DNA from: Azolla caroliniana
Taxonomy: Eukaryota; Plantae; Polypodiophyta
Assembly (NCBI GenBank): GCA_043228905.1
Contig: JBHGNT010000003.1
Span: 930,001-994,000, forward strand
Length of the DNA: 64,000 nt
Reading direction: 5' to 3'
Shown: positions 12,700 through 25,910 of the stretch, one piece after another
Numbering within the stretch: the first letter of the stretch is position 1
Layout of the letters: every line of letters starts with the position of its first letter
Translations under genes and position numbers: made by a program
Notes under the pieces: model-generated
What the model was told of the DNA's origin: nothing
The model's database searches: none
The model's input: only the letters and a program-made list of their open reading frames with translations

Positions 12700-14489
12700 G
12701 ATACTTTTGGCTTGAGATAGAGAATTTGTTCTGTATCTTGTAAGTCATCTTTCATGTATAAAATTTGTATTTTTGTCTTCAATAAATCTTGTAGCTTTCT
12801 CTATATGTTTCTTTAGCATGTAATTTCTCTACAAGTACATTGTCTATGTTTGAGAGAGATCTGATCAGGCTTGGGTATAACTTGACTCTTGAAATTTCAT
12901 TATCACATGTAATTCACGGTAATGTAAGTCCTTATCAGAAGCCATCATAATTACAATGTCATTATTTACACATGTGCTAACAAATTCACAGCTTCCTATT
13001 CGTCAAACCTCTTGGAGAAGTCTACAGATATATTAAAGACTGAGACTTGCGACAGCAGAAAGTCACATGCCCTACATAAACATGGACAGTTGGCAGTTAT
13101 GTTTATGGCATTTAGTGGTGTGACTGATCAAAAAATGGTTTGCAAAATGAGAAATACAACACTTGGATGTACAATTGAATTACCATTGTGGCATGCAATT
13201 GAAACACGTTGATTGTCTGAGGACAAACGCGCCTCCGTAGAATAAGTTCAATCCATAAAGTCAGCACCAAGTAGTAATAGTTTAGAAATCGATGGGTATC
13301 CATAAGCCTCTTAGGTGAGCATTAGACACTTGAATACATTTTGCCAACTCTTTGTAGAATGACGTGTTAATGATTCTGTTGACTCCTAATATTGTTTTCT
13401 CTAGAGTTCAGGATATTATCCCAACCACCAAGAAGTAGTAAACTGTCTCCTTTTACTCCGAGGAAGCAAAACACAAGTCCTGTGGTTGAGAATGTTGCTA
13501 ATGAATATCTTAAGTTTCCATGTCATTGCATTGTTCCATGAGCAGACCAAGTAGTATCAATTCACAGCAGAAAGAGCTTTTCATACGAGAAAGTGAAGTT
13601 GTATTCTTCCTCCATCATGGAACAATTTTAGTGAATCTTCATGTGAAGAAGGGCCCATACCCTAACTGGAACTAGGAAGCTACTTAAAGCACCTAGGTAG
13701 GAATTCAGTCATTGAATATTGTGGGTTCTTGGAATCAAAAGATGAGACATGAGGTTAGGTATCGTGGATAAATCTCTTGAAGGGGGGAATTATCGGTGGT
13801 CCGATATAGAGTAGGTTATGGAGGATTGTGTATTAATGTTATCTCCTTAGTATACAAACCATTGTATTGTACGAATATTCACTCATGTAAGAGCAAAATG
13901 AGATTGCATTTCAATTGTAAATCTATGCTTCAATACAGACCTAAATTACAACCTTTGTTTCTTCCATAGGAGATTACATCTTCATTTTATCATCATCAAT
14001 TGCATTTCTGCTTCATGTTAACTGCCCAATTCAGACTTTGAGTGTTTTGTTACGAGGATGTTCACGCATAAATCTATAGCACATAGTTTTATAAGAGTAA
14101 AGACTCTACTCGCCCCACTCTTAAAAGCACGAACTTCTTGTAGTCAATACATCTCTTAGTCTTTTCATCTCATCATGACTTCAAAAACAGTTATGTTTGT
14201 TTTTCACTCTCTTTCTCAAAACCTTCATCCATACATTAAGCCTTTAGCTCAAATACGGAAGTTTTATGTTAAGTGTTTGAGCCCTTCTTGTACATGTGTA
14301 CAATTGGTCTCTCAAATGCGTTGTGATTCATAATTACTTGTATTGCTTTATATTTACATAAGTGATTAAATAATTGTGGTAGCATAGATTAAGCCTCTTT
14401 CGTAAGTGTGTATTTGATTGTTTGTTAAAGTGAGGTTAAGAACAATAGTTAATTTGCTCTATTGCTTGCTTTAGAGTGGTTTGTCAACA

Positions 14490-17400
14490 ATATGGTGTAC
14501 TTTGTCAACTTGAGGTCCATAGCAATGAGTCAGTGAAGCATTTTCCTAAACCCTAAACCAAACCGCAACTTGAAGAAGGTTAATGTAGTGTAAAAGCGGC
14601 ATGATTGAAAATGTGGCTTCCTCATAGTCCAAGTAGATTTAAGTTAAAAGAGATCTGACACATAGACATGCAACGAGAGGATATCTTCATCAAACTATTG
14701 TTGGGGAATTAGTGAGGGGGATGGACAAGCTACCTGAAGGAAAGTTCTCATTTGAGGTGGCTCAATTGTCCAACTAAGGTTGATGAAAAAACCCTAAACC
14801 AAACCACAACTTGAAGAAGGTTAATGTAGTGTAAAAGCGGCATGATTGAAAATGTGGCTTCCTCATAGTCCAAGTAGATTTAAGTTAAAAGAGATCTGAC
14901 ACATAGACATGCAACAAGAGGATATCTTCATCAAACTATTGTTGGATGGACAAGCTACCTGAAGGAAAGTTCTCATTTGAGGTGGCTCAATTGTCCAACT
15001 AAGGTTGATGAAAAAACCCTAAACCAAACCACAACTTGAAGAAGGTTAATGTAGTGTAAAAGCGGCATGATTGAAAATGTGGCTTCGTCATAGTCCAAGT
15101 AGATTTAAGTTAAAAGAGATCTGACACATAGACATGCAACGAGAGGATATCTTCATCAAACTAATGTTGGGGAATTAGTGAGGGGGATGGACAAGCTACC
15201 TGAAGGAAAGTTCTCATTTGAGGTGGCTCAATTGTCCAACTAAGGTTGATGAAAAAACCCTAAACCAAACCACAACTTGAAGAAGGTTAATGTAGTGTAA
15301 AAGCGGCATGATTGAAAATGTGGCTTCGTCATAGTCCAAGTAGATTTAAGTTAAAAGAGATCTGACACATAGACATGCAACGAGAGGATATCTTCATCAA
15401 ACTAATGTTGGGGAATTAGTGAGGGGGATGGACAAGCTACCTGAAGGAAAGTTCTCATTTGAGGTGGCTCAATTGTCCAACTAAGGTTGACGAAAAAACA
15501 CAGAAAGGGAGTGTCACTTAAAGATGATAGACAACCAACACTCAATTCTAGACAACTCCCATATAATGACATCATTTAAAGGTGAGAGTAAACCCTAGAA
15601 GAGAAACATCTTGACCATCTCGAAAAGAGACCTCCAACCATGTATATGATTTTTTACCACAAGGTACTACTCAAACACAACTATTCATGCATAGGACATG
15701 AGGACCATAACCTGCAAGCCTAGGCATAACAACATTATGATAAGCTATGATTCATTAGAAACTATGATGGCCCCAGATCAGCATCAAAATGCACCACTAA
15801 AACAATGATTTCTAATGACTAAGGAAAATTGACTCACACAAGCAAGATAGTTCCTAGATATCTTGAGGAAGGGTCTATTGAGCTTATGAATTAATCTCTA
15901 ATGTAACCAAAGCATCAATTTTTGGGTTGACCCTTAATGAACAAGTTGGGGATTGGTTCCATGCCCTTCTTTAAGAAGTTCATAATGATTTTGCTTTAGT
16001 AAAGGACTTGCCCAAATGAATTGCGCGATAATGGGGCCAAATGTAACCTTGTTGATCACCTTTTCTTTGTAAGACAAGAACCAATGAGTAATTACATCAT
16101 TTGGACAAGCACGGCCAAAATTATGTGAGACCTAATCTCGATAAATAGGTTCATACGGGAGTTGTACAACTAGACATTATGCAAATTCCTAGTCACAACA
16201 AAATGTAGATCTTTCATAAGTTTTGACGAGGCTATGTGCATGGGAATAACTTGTCCCAAACTCCACACTCCCACTATCTAACTAGTCGTGCTTGGAGCAC
16301 ACTTTAGTATGTGGTACATACAAATCTTTGTTGTCTCAGATACAGAGGCTAGCATACCAATCATGAATGCTCACAACTCAAAAAAATGCACATGTATTAT
16401 AACCAATGTATGGCACTTGTCATGCATCACCCAAATAATTGTTAGAAAACTCCAACTAGGCACTTCCTCAAGCTCAATGCAATCATCATTTGAGCTCCCC
16501 TTTTTTTTTTTTTTAAGAATTACCATCAATGTGCAATTTTGAACACATTATACATCTCATAAAAGGAGCTGCTCTTATGAATATTCTACCTTATCAAGTT
16601 AGTCAATTTGAAGGGAATGTGTTTTCATCGCAACTTAAGGATGGGTTACATTCATCATAATATATCTCCCTGGGGCTAGCCATTTTGTCTTAAGTCAAGA
16701 AAAAGGAACATGTGAATATGAATTGATTATTGTCATCTATCCAAATTTTGTATCCATTGCCACATGTTGATGATATGTTATGCTCAACTTTTTACAAAAC
16801 TCTATCTACAAATTGGCTACCATCAAATAATATTTGAAGAGGACATTCCTAAAACCGAATTTCGTACATGTTATATCCATTATGAATTTTTAGTAATGTC
16901 GTTTGGGTTGGCTAGTATCCTTATCACTTTTCAACAAGAAATTAATGATGGTTTTCAAGATTAACTTGGTCATTTTTTGTTGTGTTCTTGAATAATATTC
17001 TCATGTATAGCAAAACTTTAGATGAACATTACACTTATGTTTGTTTTGTCCACTAAACATGCTGAGACAAACATTCTTATCCCAAAATGTCAAAATGTGA
17101 CTTTTTCAGAAGATAATTTGCCTACTTAAGACGTTTAATAACAAGACTAGGGTATTCTCAAATACAGAAAATAAAACATGGGCCTATTCCTTGTAATGCT
17201 TGAGAACTTCATTTATTCCTTGGTTTTTGCCAGTTTTCTATAAACATCTCTTCATAAAAGCATGCCCTTCACTACGTCATTTTACAAAAAAATTAAAACT
17301 TCAAAAGCGTAATCAAAATTGCCACTTAGAAGAATGCTTTACCATTCTTAGGTAACATGTGACATTACTTCTACACTTACCTTGCACAACCCTTGGATAT

Positions 17401-17870
17401 GTTTCGAGATTGAAAATGACATTAAACCAAGAAGGAAAACGCATTATTGCTTTTTAGAGCGAGAAACATAAATCTACTCAATGTCCACATTCAAGAAAAT
17501 TAACCTTTTGCTGTCATTTGTGCACTTGAAACTTGGAGACATTATTTGTGGTTGCCATAAACCATCAAACTTTAAAATAATTCTGCAATCAACATGAGAT
17601 AATAGTAGTCGTAAAATTAGATGGACATGTCTCATAAAAAATGTTGAATTTTCCATTTGTTTTCGCAAAAGTTTAAAGGACACAATTGTTGATGATCTTC
17701 ATTGTATTCATGAAGTTGCGTGAAGTCACCCTTCCACATTTCTAACGGTTTGCTCTTTTGTGGTGGGAAAATTTGTGTTCCCAATCCACCTTAGGTCAAA
17801 AAGAAAATTTGTTTTAATTGTCATGATACACCCTTAACTAGGTTTTTGGGTAACCAAACTAAGTAGTAAG
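14490..17870 (+). mobile_element. Degenerate Ty3/gypsy LTR retrotransposon internal region
   Basis: RT remnant FTKLYLQIGYHQI...EEDIPKTEFRT...HYEFLVMSFGL (16764-16964) followed by a decayed YxDD-like FLNNILMYSKT. RNase H-like remnants near 17.4-17.6 kb and an integrase Zn-finger-start-like CHDTPL near 17820. Many stops and frameshifts; boundaries approximate. Confidence 0.8.
14548..15498 (+). repeat. Four near-identical tandem copies of a 241-bp unit
   Basis: Units start with AAACCCTAAACC at 14548, 14789, 15014 and 15255. Unit 2 lacks about 16 bp (the GGAATTAGTGAGGGG tract). Only a few substitutions between copies. Confidence 0.95.
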
Positions 17871-18000
17871 TATATTGTATTCTCCTGTTGTATTTTCATT
17901 TTACTTATTGCACCAAGTATGTTGATTAAGTGCCGTTATGATTGAATATAATTATCTTTTAAATTAGTTTAGTACAATACAAAGGTTGATAAGTAATTCT

Positions 18001-18405
18001 CCTCCAGCGACAATGTCCACTATTTTCCTCTTAATGACAAATCTCAAGAGGTGTTGGAATTGGTCAGCCCAATAACCCTTTGGATTCTATGGAAACAACG
18101 ATGTAGGCGAGTCTTCTCCAACCAAACCACCCATCCAACAAGGTTACTGCAAGAGATATGGAGTGAAATTGTAGCCACTCTGAAAAGCCAATATGATGGC
18201 CTTAAAGGTGGCTCTGAGGGAGTTGAAAGACAACGCATAGCCTTCATCCAACAATGGTCGTCCTCTCCCTTTCTTGAGTCAGTGGGCTTCCACATTAGAT
18301 GGAACTATCGCGTCCCTTTAGGGATTTGTACATAATCGCCTCATTTGTAAAATTTTATAACTAATGGAAGGAGTTTTTTTTTTGGAAAAAAGAAAAAGAA
18401 AGAAA
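18001..18405 (+). mobile_element. 5'-truncated L1-type LINE (3' end of ORF2 plus tail)
   Basis: ORF2 C-terminal-like LWILWKQRCRRVF, a T-run plus A-rich tail, and a 10-bp TSD AAGTAATTCT (17991-18000 / 18406-18415). Homologous to 62072-62753. Confidence 0.85.
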
Positions 18406-19299
18406 AAGTAATTCTTCTAACTAAGGCACACAGGGTCATCATTGTCACTGGCATAATTCGTAATTGTATCATTTCTTAAGAATGGGAAAAATAATATCTT
18501 CCATCTGATGGACCGAAAGCAAATGTTGGTGTCTAATATTACTATAACAAAACAGAGTTTAGATCGTATAGGGTACATGCGGGTTTGAAGTATAAAAGAC
18601 AAAACCAACTCATATATCCTTTAGTTTAATTGTCGATCAACGACCACACATCTCTTTGTCATGCAATTGTGGCAAAATAATTTAAGGCTCTGTAAAGTAT
18701 TCTCGTTGTTCAAATTGAAAGCCTTAGATTGTTAGGCATATTTACTTTCATTTATATGTTGTAATTTTTGTTTTTACGTTAGAAATCTTGTTAGCAAAAC
18801 TAAAGCACAACTAGCAAATATCCACCTTTATCGATATTTTCTTTCTAACTCAATGAGATGTAAGCAATGCCATTTCATTTATATTGGCATCGTTTTATTT
18901 ATAGCATGCCTTCATTTGTTTAATGAAAGGATGTGACTCTCAATTGCCAAATATCATGCGAGCTCGTTGCAAATGGATTTGATGGAAATAATCATATAGA
19001 AGTAATTTGTATGGAAAATTCAAACTTCTAACTTTAGATGTTCCACCATTATGGTGTTAGATCATTTTGCTTATTACATATAAAAATATAAGGAAGATTG
19101 ATTTTGTCAAGTGCAATTGTGTTGAGCTTTAATGGAATCATTTACTCTTACAATAGTCCTGTCAAGGTAATGTCGACAACTTACAAACATTGTCCATCAT
19201 TTACTCTTTCCCATGGAACATGGCCATGTGTAGAGTGGCCCATAACTTTTCTGGATCGTTACTTTACATTTATATTATTTTGTTTGCTTTCTCTTTTTT

Positions 19300-20300
19300 G
19301 TCCAAGCAAAACGAGGAACTTCGCCATTTTGTCCACAAAGAAACCATCATGATAGGGAAAATATAAGCAGTTTAGGATGAGCTTGTGCTTATGTGGAGCA
19401 CATTTACTACATGAAGGCTTTCATTTATTCGTCCTTCCAAAATTTACATCATCTATTCTCATATTTAGAGATTGCATGGGTTGTGTTTTAGGTGAAGAAG
19501 ATAGAACATGCTTTTATGCATTGTGTATACCAAATATTAGTTGTGGAATAATCACAACAAAATTCCCTTGCACATTTACCAAGCATGTTCGTTCTTGCTC
19601 TAGGTCATCAAATATTTGTATTCCTTGTGCTTTAAATTTTGCTTGACAAGAGTCGACTTCACAGAACCTATTGTTATGATTTTCTAGATTCTTTAGTAGA
19701 TTGATTTTTAATGGTGATTTGGACAATAATCGTAGCCTATCGTGAAAAGGTGTTGACTCAAAGCATGTGGTCAAACTAGATGAAGTTTCTTAAGCATATC
19801 CATAATATATAGATAGATAGGTAGACAGGGAGCGTGATATTGAATTGTGTAACAAGCCAAATGGTGGGAAAACCATTTGGGAAAACACTTCCTTCCATAG
19901 CGAGGCCAAATTTTGGTTTAAACTTTCAACATTCTTCACTATCAATTTGATTCATTTTTTCATGCCATGAAAACATCAACACCCACTCTCCTCAAAAGTA
20001 GTTTTTGATATGCCCTTTTGTACATCATTTTGAGCAAAATTGTATTGGTCATGCAAAACTTCAGAATGAACTCCGTTTAGTGCCTTTTCCTAGGGTTGTT
20101 ATTTTGCATTTGCAACCAACATTGAAGGAGCTCAAGAAAGAATTTATATTCCATGAATATCATACGTGTGATATTAGAAGTGTCTTGAATATGTAATGAT
20201 GAAAGAAGTCACATGGAGAAGGTAGAAAAATGAAACCCCTCGTTATTGAAGATGTACTAACAAAATTACTAGAAGTGTGTCGTGTTATATATTATTTCTC
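19300..20300 (+). mobile_element. Possible highly decayed hAT transposase remnant
   Basis: Near 19860-20000 a fragment reads WWE...P..IAR.IL, like a hAT dimerisation domain. No intact ORF; weak evidence and approximate boundaries. Confidence 0.25.
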
Positions 20301-21783
20301 GTCTTATTTTTAATGCTACATTGATCTTACTTCCATTGTTGAGTTTTGAGTTATGATGGGTTACATGGAATAGAACGTGCATCAATCCTTACAAAGTTCC
20401 AATCCATAGCTTCTAGGGCAGTAATAAGTAATAGATAGAAATAAGTGATTTCATAATAATAAAACTAATGTTTCAACGGGGGTGGGTTCTTATAATTGCA
20501 CATAGTACGTTGATCATGAAAGGAATAGAGTAGATTTTGGAAGAGAATGCAAAAGAATCACTACATTGAACAATTTAAAGAAAAGAACAAGTATTGGATT
20601 AGGAAAAGATTTTGGCATTTTCGGTCTAATCAAACTTCAAGATATCTTTGAGATACCCCCCCCCCCCCCCCCATACTAACTCTGGTGCATCCTTTGACAC
20701 ATAACTTGTTTGCATCCTATGAATATAATAGATAGCTTGATAGCAAGCACGATGGTGCTTCCAATGAACATATGTATATCGGTTTGCACAAGGAAGAGTT
20801 AGTTCTCTTCGTTACTCACGAGAATGAATACACAATTGATGGGAATGGCTAATATTCTCTCCCCTCCTCATGCGAATACAGAGACGAGGGGAACTAAAAT
20901 CTTGTAATAACATGACCCAAGGCACACACCATAAAAAACACGAGTATTGCATCTTAAGAACCTAACCATGACACAATCATCTGATGTGGATTGGAGTCAC
21001 AAGTTACAATACGTGGTACATAGTATAGTGACATGACCAAAGATTATTTAACCAAAGTGTACTCAAAGGGATTACCAAGTTGATCTCCCATAAGTGTACA
21101 CCATTACTTAAAGATGTTGTGAAAACCACAACATTTGCTTCGACTAATGGTTTGAGTTGAAAGAAAAACAACTGGAAACATTGAAGAACTCCAAGATGTG
21201 ATAAATAACACAACGACAAAAACAACGAATCTAAGACTCAACAGTAAAAAAAAACCATTTGTAGAAGAAGAGGAGGGTGGAAAGTAAACAAAACAGACGT
21301 AAAAAGAATGTGAGCATTGCAAAAAAATTCAATAACTAGATCTTGTTAAACTAGAGAGGACTTGCTCGTTAAATTCCAAGTTTAGTTTGATGCTCAACGA
21401 TACAATTGATTGGAAAATGCACTTCTAAAATCCATAACACTCATTAGAATCCAAGAGTGATATGAAAAATTGCATAGAATGTAGGATGGGGGAAGTGTCC
21501 TCAAATACTTATCGCATGATGAATTTCGTTACTTGTCAATAAGACAAGATACCTACAATATTTTGTTACATTCTTGTAATGTTGCTAGATCCCTGACCTA
21601 TTCTTGTTGTTTTATGCATGAAATGAAATTTGGGTTGACATTGTTAAAAGAGATCTCCCGACACCATAGAGGACCTCTAGAAAAGATGCCAGAAGAATGG
21701 ATAAATGAGGTAACATGAAAAACATTATTACCTCACAAGAGTTCATATTTGAACAAACTTGGCAGGATCTTGTTCTTTCTAAA

Positions 21784-22454
21784 TCTACTAATATATATAA
21801 AAGCTATTTTCTTTTTTACGAGAGACAGAAGAGAAGACGTTGATAATGAGTATTCTTGATTCTAAGCACTCTACATGACAAAAATAGTTTCTCTTTTTAG
21901 AGGTATTCTCGACAAGAAGGCATCTACACTACTTGGAACTTGCTTGTTGGAAGTAGTTTTGGAGGTATTCCAGAATCCAACAAGTTATAAGAAAGTTTTC
22001 TACCACAATTGTAAATATGTGTGGTGTTTAATGATAATTTCATGTATAAATTGCATGTATCAAAACGAACCTCAAGATGTTGAGGCATATATGCAAGTTT
22101 CACGCAGAACAATAGCATTGAGAAGTGAAGTTCTCAATTGGTTTCCGGGTTTGTCTAATATATGCTGCATTCCCTCAAATCGCTAAGCGAGGCTAGAAAT
22201 AAAACATTAGTTTGTCTTTCATAATGCTACTACAAAAGCATGCCAAGCAAAACATTCCGTTTACCCTAATCCATCCTTCCATATGTAGTGTTCTAATTCA
22301 TCTGCTCGATATTGACCTACTCACTAGTCACGAATCTCATAGTAATCCACGTAGCAGTTTTGTACCAAACACCTTCAACAACAAACATCTCTTCTTAACT
22401 GCGGTCGTTAAAAAACAGTCGTCCTGTGGCACACGTCGGGAGGCGCAACCTTAG
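21784..22454 (+). mobile_element. Possible non-autonomous Helitron remnant
   Basis: 5' end A|TCTACTAATATATATAAAAGC resembles plant Helitron starts. An imperfect GC-rich hairpin near 22420-22441 precedes TTAG, which is not the canonical CTAG|T. Confidence 0.3.
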
Positions 22455-22781
22455 CCCCCAAGTAAAGTGGAAAAGGCTGGAAATGATCACAAACCATCAA
22501 CCCAAGTAAAATTGAAAAAGTTGGAAATGATCATGCTGTCTATGAGCAGGCATATTAGTATGTGTGAGTGTAGTGTGTACATATATATACATACATACTA
22601 TATGTGTGTACAAACACACATTAGTTTGATGAGATCTTGGTTTTGATAGAAAGAAAGAAAGAAAGCAAGATGGAATTTGATCAAAAGGAAGAGAAATAAT
22701 TGAATAAAAATGTGTTGTTGGAAGAAGGGGGGGGGGGGGTGCATTAATGACTGGTGTGTGGTTCCTAGAAACTAGAGCTTT

Positions 22782-22894
22782 GCATTAAATGCACCATAAA
22801 AACAGAAGCAAAAAAAAAAAGGCTACAGAAAAAAAAAATAAAGGAAAAAAGGAAAAGAGGAAAAAGAAAAAGGAGAGGGAAGAGGTGCTCTAAT

Positions 22895-22931
<37 letters not shown>

Positions 22932-22953
22932 GAGAAGAGGCACAATAAATGCA
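22782..22953 (+). promoter_or_regulatory. Two L1 boxes (HD-ZIP IV sites) upstream of the PDF1-like gene
   Basis: GCATTAAATGC at 22782-22792 with TAAATGCA at 22786-22793, a second TAAATGCA at 22946-22953, and a related GCATTAATGA at 22741. Confidence 0.5.
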
Positions 22954-23504
22954 ATCAAACAAACCAACCTGCAAAGATCTCTCAAACACACATTAACACA
23001 ACACAAGAGAAACACACATTGACACAACACAAATCCTCTCGGCTCGGAGATGAGTCGGCTGGTCCCCAGGGGTTGTTGCCCCTAGGGGCAAATTGGGACA
23101 AACAATGAGACATCCTATCCACTTGTGTGGAAGCATGAGAGAGAGAGAGAGAGAGAGAAGAAAAGAAAGAAAGAAATATTAATGTCTTCTAAGGCCAAAA
23201 TTGGCCCATCAAAACCCTAAACCTTAAAGCCCATGAGAAAGATATATTAACGTATTCTAAGACCAAAATTGGCCCATGAGTGTGTTTGGGTTAGAGACTC
23301 TTTCAAGCACAATCGTATGTATATAGAGATAACCAAGACGGGGGATGTTGGCTTACATGGGTTCCTGATGATGATGATGATCGGTGTTATTGTCAATTGA
23401 CATGACAAGTTCTTTCTTTTTCGTCTCTTATTTTGGTGGTCGAAAGTTGATTCCCATCTATTGCAACCTAGAGCACCATTAACACATTACTTCTAGCCAA
23501 GCCA

Positions 23505-23548
23505 AACAAATACACATATTGACATACATGACACATATACATGATGCA

Positions 23549-23602
<54 letters not shown>

Positions 23603-24235
23603 GTACATGACGCAATACACACACACGTACCAACAATACACATACATTCATACTATACACATACCACTACAACGTACACATACACATACACATACACATA
23701 CACATAAGACTACAACATACACTACCACATACCACATAAGACTACAACATACACTACCACATACCACATATATCCCATAACACTACAACATACACATACA
23801 CATACCACATACCACATACCACATACCACATATATCATCACATACCAATACAACAAACACATACCAATACAACATACACATACACATACACATACACATA
23901 CATTCCCTCTCCCTCTCTCTTTCTCGCTCCTCCCATAACATGCACACATTCTCGCTCTTTCTCCCTCGGACACACACATTCTCTCTCACTCTCTCATTCT
24001 CTCTCTATCACACACATACATTCTCTCTCTGTCTCTCTCTATCACACACACACACACACACACACATTCTCTCTATGTTTCTCTTTATCACACACATACA
24101 TTCTCTCTCTATCACACACACACAACACCCACACACACTAGTCACTCTCTACTCTCAGTCTCAATCAAAGAAAGAGAAAGAGAGAGAGAGAGAGAGACAG
24201 AGAGGGGGGAGGAAGCAACATTGAAGGGCCTCCCT

Positions 24236-24281
<46 letters not shown>

Positions 24282-24373
24282 CCATCCCATTCATTAAAAT
24301 GGCCAGCTGGCCCATGGAGGTTCAAAAATCTGGGGGTCCACCAATCCACTCTCTCTCTTCCAAAGCAAAACTC

Positions 24374-24420
<47 letters not shown>

Positions 24421-24520
24421 TGTGTGTGTGTGTGGTGAGCTCCAAAGCTCAGTATATTTAGCTCAACTCAGCTCACTACTACAAGCAGAAGAAGAAGAAG
24501 AAGAAGAAGAAGAAGAAAAT
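23505..24520. repeat. Compound microsatellite field: (CA)n, (CATA)n, (CACATA)n, (CT)n, (GA)n, (GAA)n
   Basis: Directly visible in the sequence. It generates the low-complexity HTHT/SLSL ORFs in the track. Confidence 0.95.
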
Positions 24521-24582
24521 CAGTTAGTTTAGTCCCTTTGCCTTCCTTCTGAGTTCTCTCTGTTGATTCATCAACAGCTTCA

Positions 24583-24700
24583 ATGGCTTCTTCTTCATCT
24601 TCTTCTCACCTCTGCCTTCTTCTGGCTCTGCTGCTGGCCTCCTCTGTTTCAGCTCACACTATCTCTTCTTCTTCCAGGAAGCTTAGTGGCTATGACACCG

Positions 24701-24731
<31 letters not shown>

Positions 24732-25910
24732 CTCCCGCTCTTCTTCCTCTGGAAGCTCCCCTGTTTCTGCTTCTCCATTGAGAAACACCCCTAGCTATGG
24801 CTCTCCATCCTCTGGCTCATCTTCTTCTCCATCTTCTGGTTCTTCTTCTTCTTCTCCATCTTCTGGTTCTTCTTCTTCTTCTCCATCTTCTGGTTCTTCT
24901 TCTTCTCCATCCTCTCGTTCTTCTTCTTCATCTCCATCCTCTGGTTCTTCTTCTTCTTCTCCATCCTCTGGTTCTTCTTCCTCCCCTGTTGTCAACCTGC
25001 CACCCATCACCTCCACCCCATCTCCTGTCACCTCTACCCCAACCACTGGCGGTGGCTTCGGCGGCTATGGGTCTCACAGTGGCCATGGAACCTGCAAGTA
25101 AGTAAAGCATGGACTATCTTTCTGCTCTCTGTATCCTCCTCTAAGGTATTCTGTCAGTTTGTTTGTATTGCATTTGTCCATGGCCGTTTACATGCTTGAT
25201 CTTTGTGCTTACTTCAAGAGTATGTACATTGTAACCCTATCTCGCTCAGCTATATCTATCTGTGATTCCATGGTCTTCTCCTCTGATGCATTCTGTCTGC
25301 CTGTTTGTATTGCATTTCTCCATGCCCGTTTACATGCTTGATCCTTGTGCTTAGCTAAGAGTATGCACATTGTAACCCTAGCTTGCTCAGCTAGATCTAT
25401 CTGTGGTTCCATGCATGTCTAAGCACCTGCATTGTATGAGAGAATCCATATACATTCTGCAGGAGAATGGAGTGTGTTATGAATGTATGCATGCATGCAG
25501 GATGTAGCATAAATTGATTAGGTTTACAGGATTAGGTCTGAAAATCATGTGTTGATATGTTACTAAATGGTTCCTGTTGATTCTGCAGGTACTGGGGAGC
25601 GAACCCTGGAGGTGTGCCGAGGATTCTGTCTCTGGTGGCCTCCATAGCTCGCATCTTTGGGCCACGCCTCCTCAAATTCTTCGTGCACAAGCCTGCTCCT
25701 ACAGTCTATGGAGCTCTCAAGGACACAAGCTCAGACCCCATGTCCGCCCTGGCCAGAGAGGCCTCTGCATCTCTGATCAACTCCTACAAGTACCGTGATT
25801 TCCCTCTCTCCCCTGGAGAAGTTGTCGCCCAATTCAACTCTGCTCTTGACTCCCCTGATCTTGCCTCCTCCCAAGCCATGAAATTCCAGAGCTTCAATGA
25901 AGCCATGTAA
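24583..25910 (+). CDS. PDF1: PROTODERMAL FACTOR 1-like secreted cell-wall protein with Ser-rich repeats
   Basis: Exon 1 at 24583-25097 has a signal peptide (LCLLLALLLASSVSA), (GS)n and (SPSSGSSSS)n repeats, then GTCK. Exon 2 at 25589-25910 reads YWGANP...LAREASASLINSY...FP...VVAQF...SSQAMKFQSFNE, matching the PDF1 C-terminal domain (GTCxYW...REGTASLLNS...QA..F...NE). Confidence 0.85.

Noticed and set aside
14548-15498. Repeat array as CRISPR, interstitial telomere or retrozyme
   Set aside because: No unique spacers, only one AAACCCTAAA per unit, and no hammerhead core (CTGATGA...GAAA) seen on either strand.
18500-18520. CTGATGGACCGAAA as a hammerhead ribozyme core
   Set aside because: Deviates from CUGAUGA and lacks stem II and the flanking helices.
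23519-24445. HTHT, CVCV and SLSL ORFs
   Set aside because: Translations of microsatellites.
24563-25110. Leu-rich and Glu-rich alternative-frame and antisense ORFs
   Set aside because: Shadows of the (TCT)n-rich PDF1 exon.
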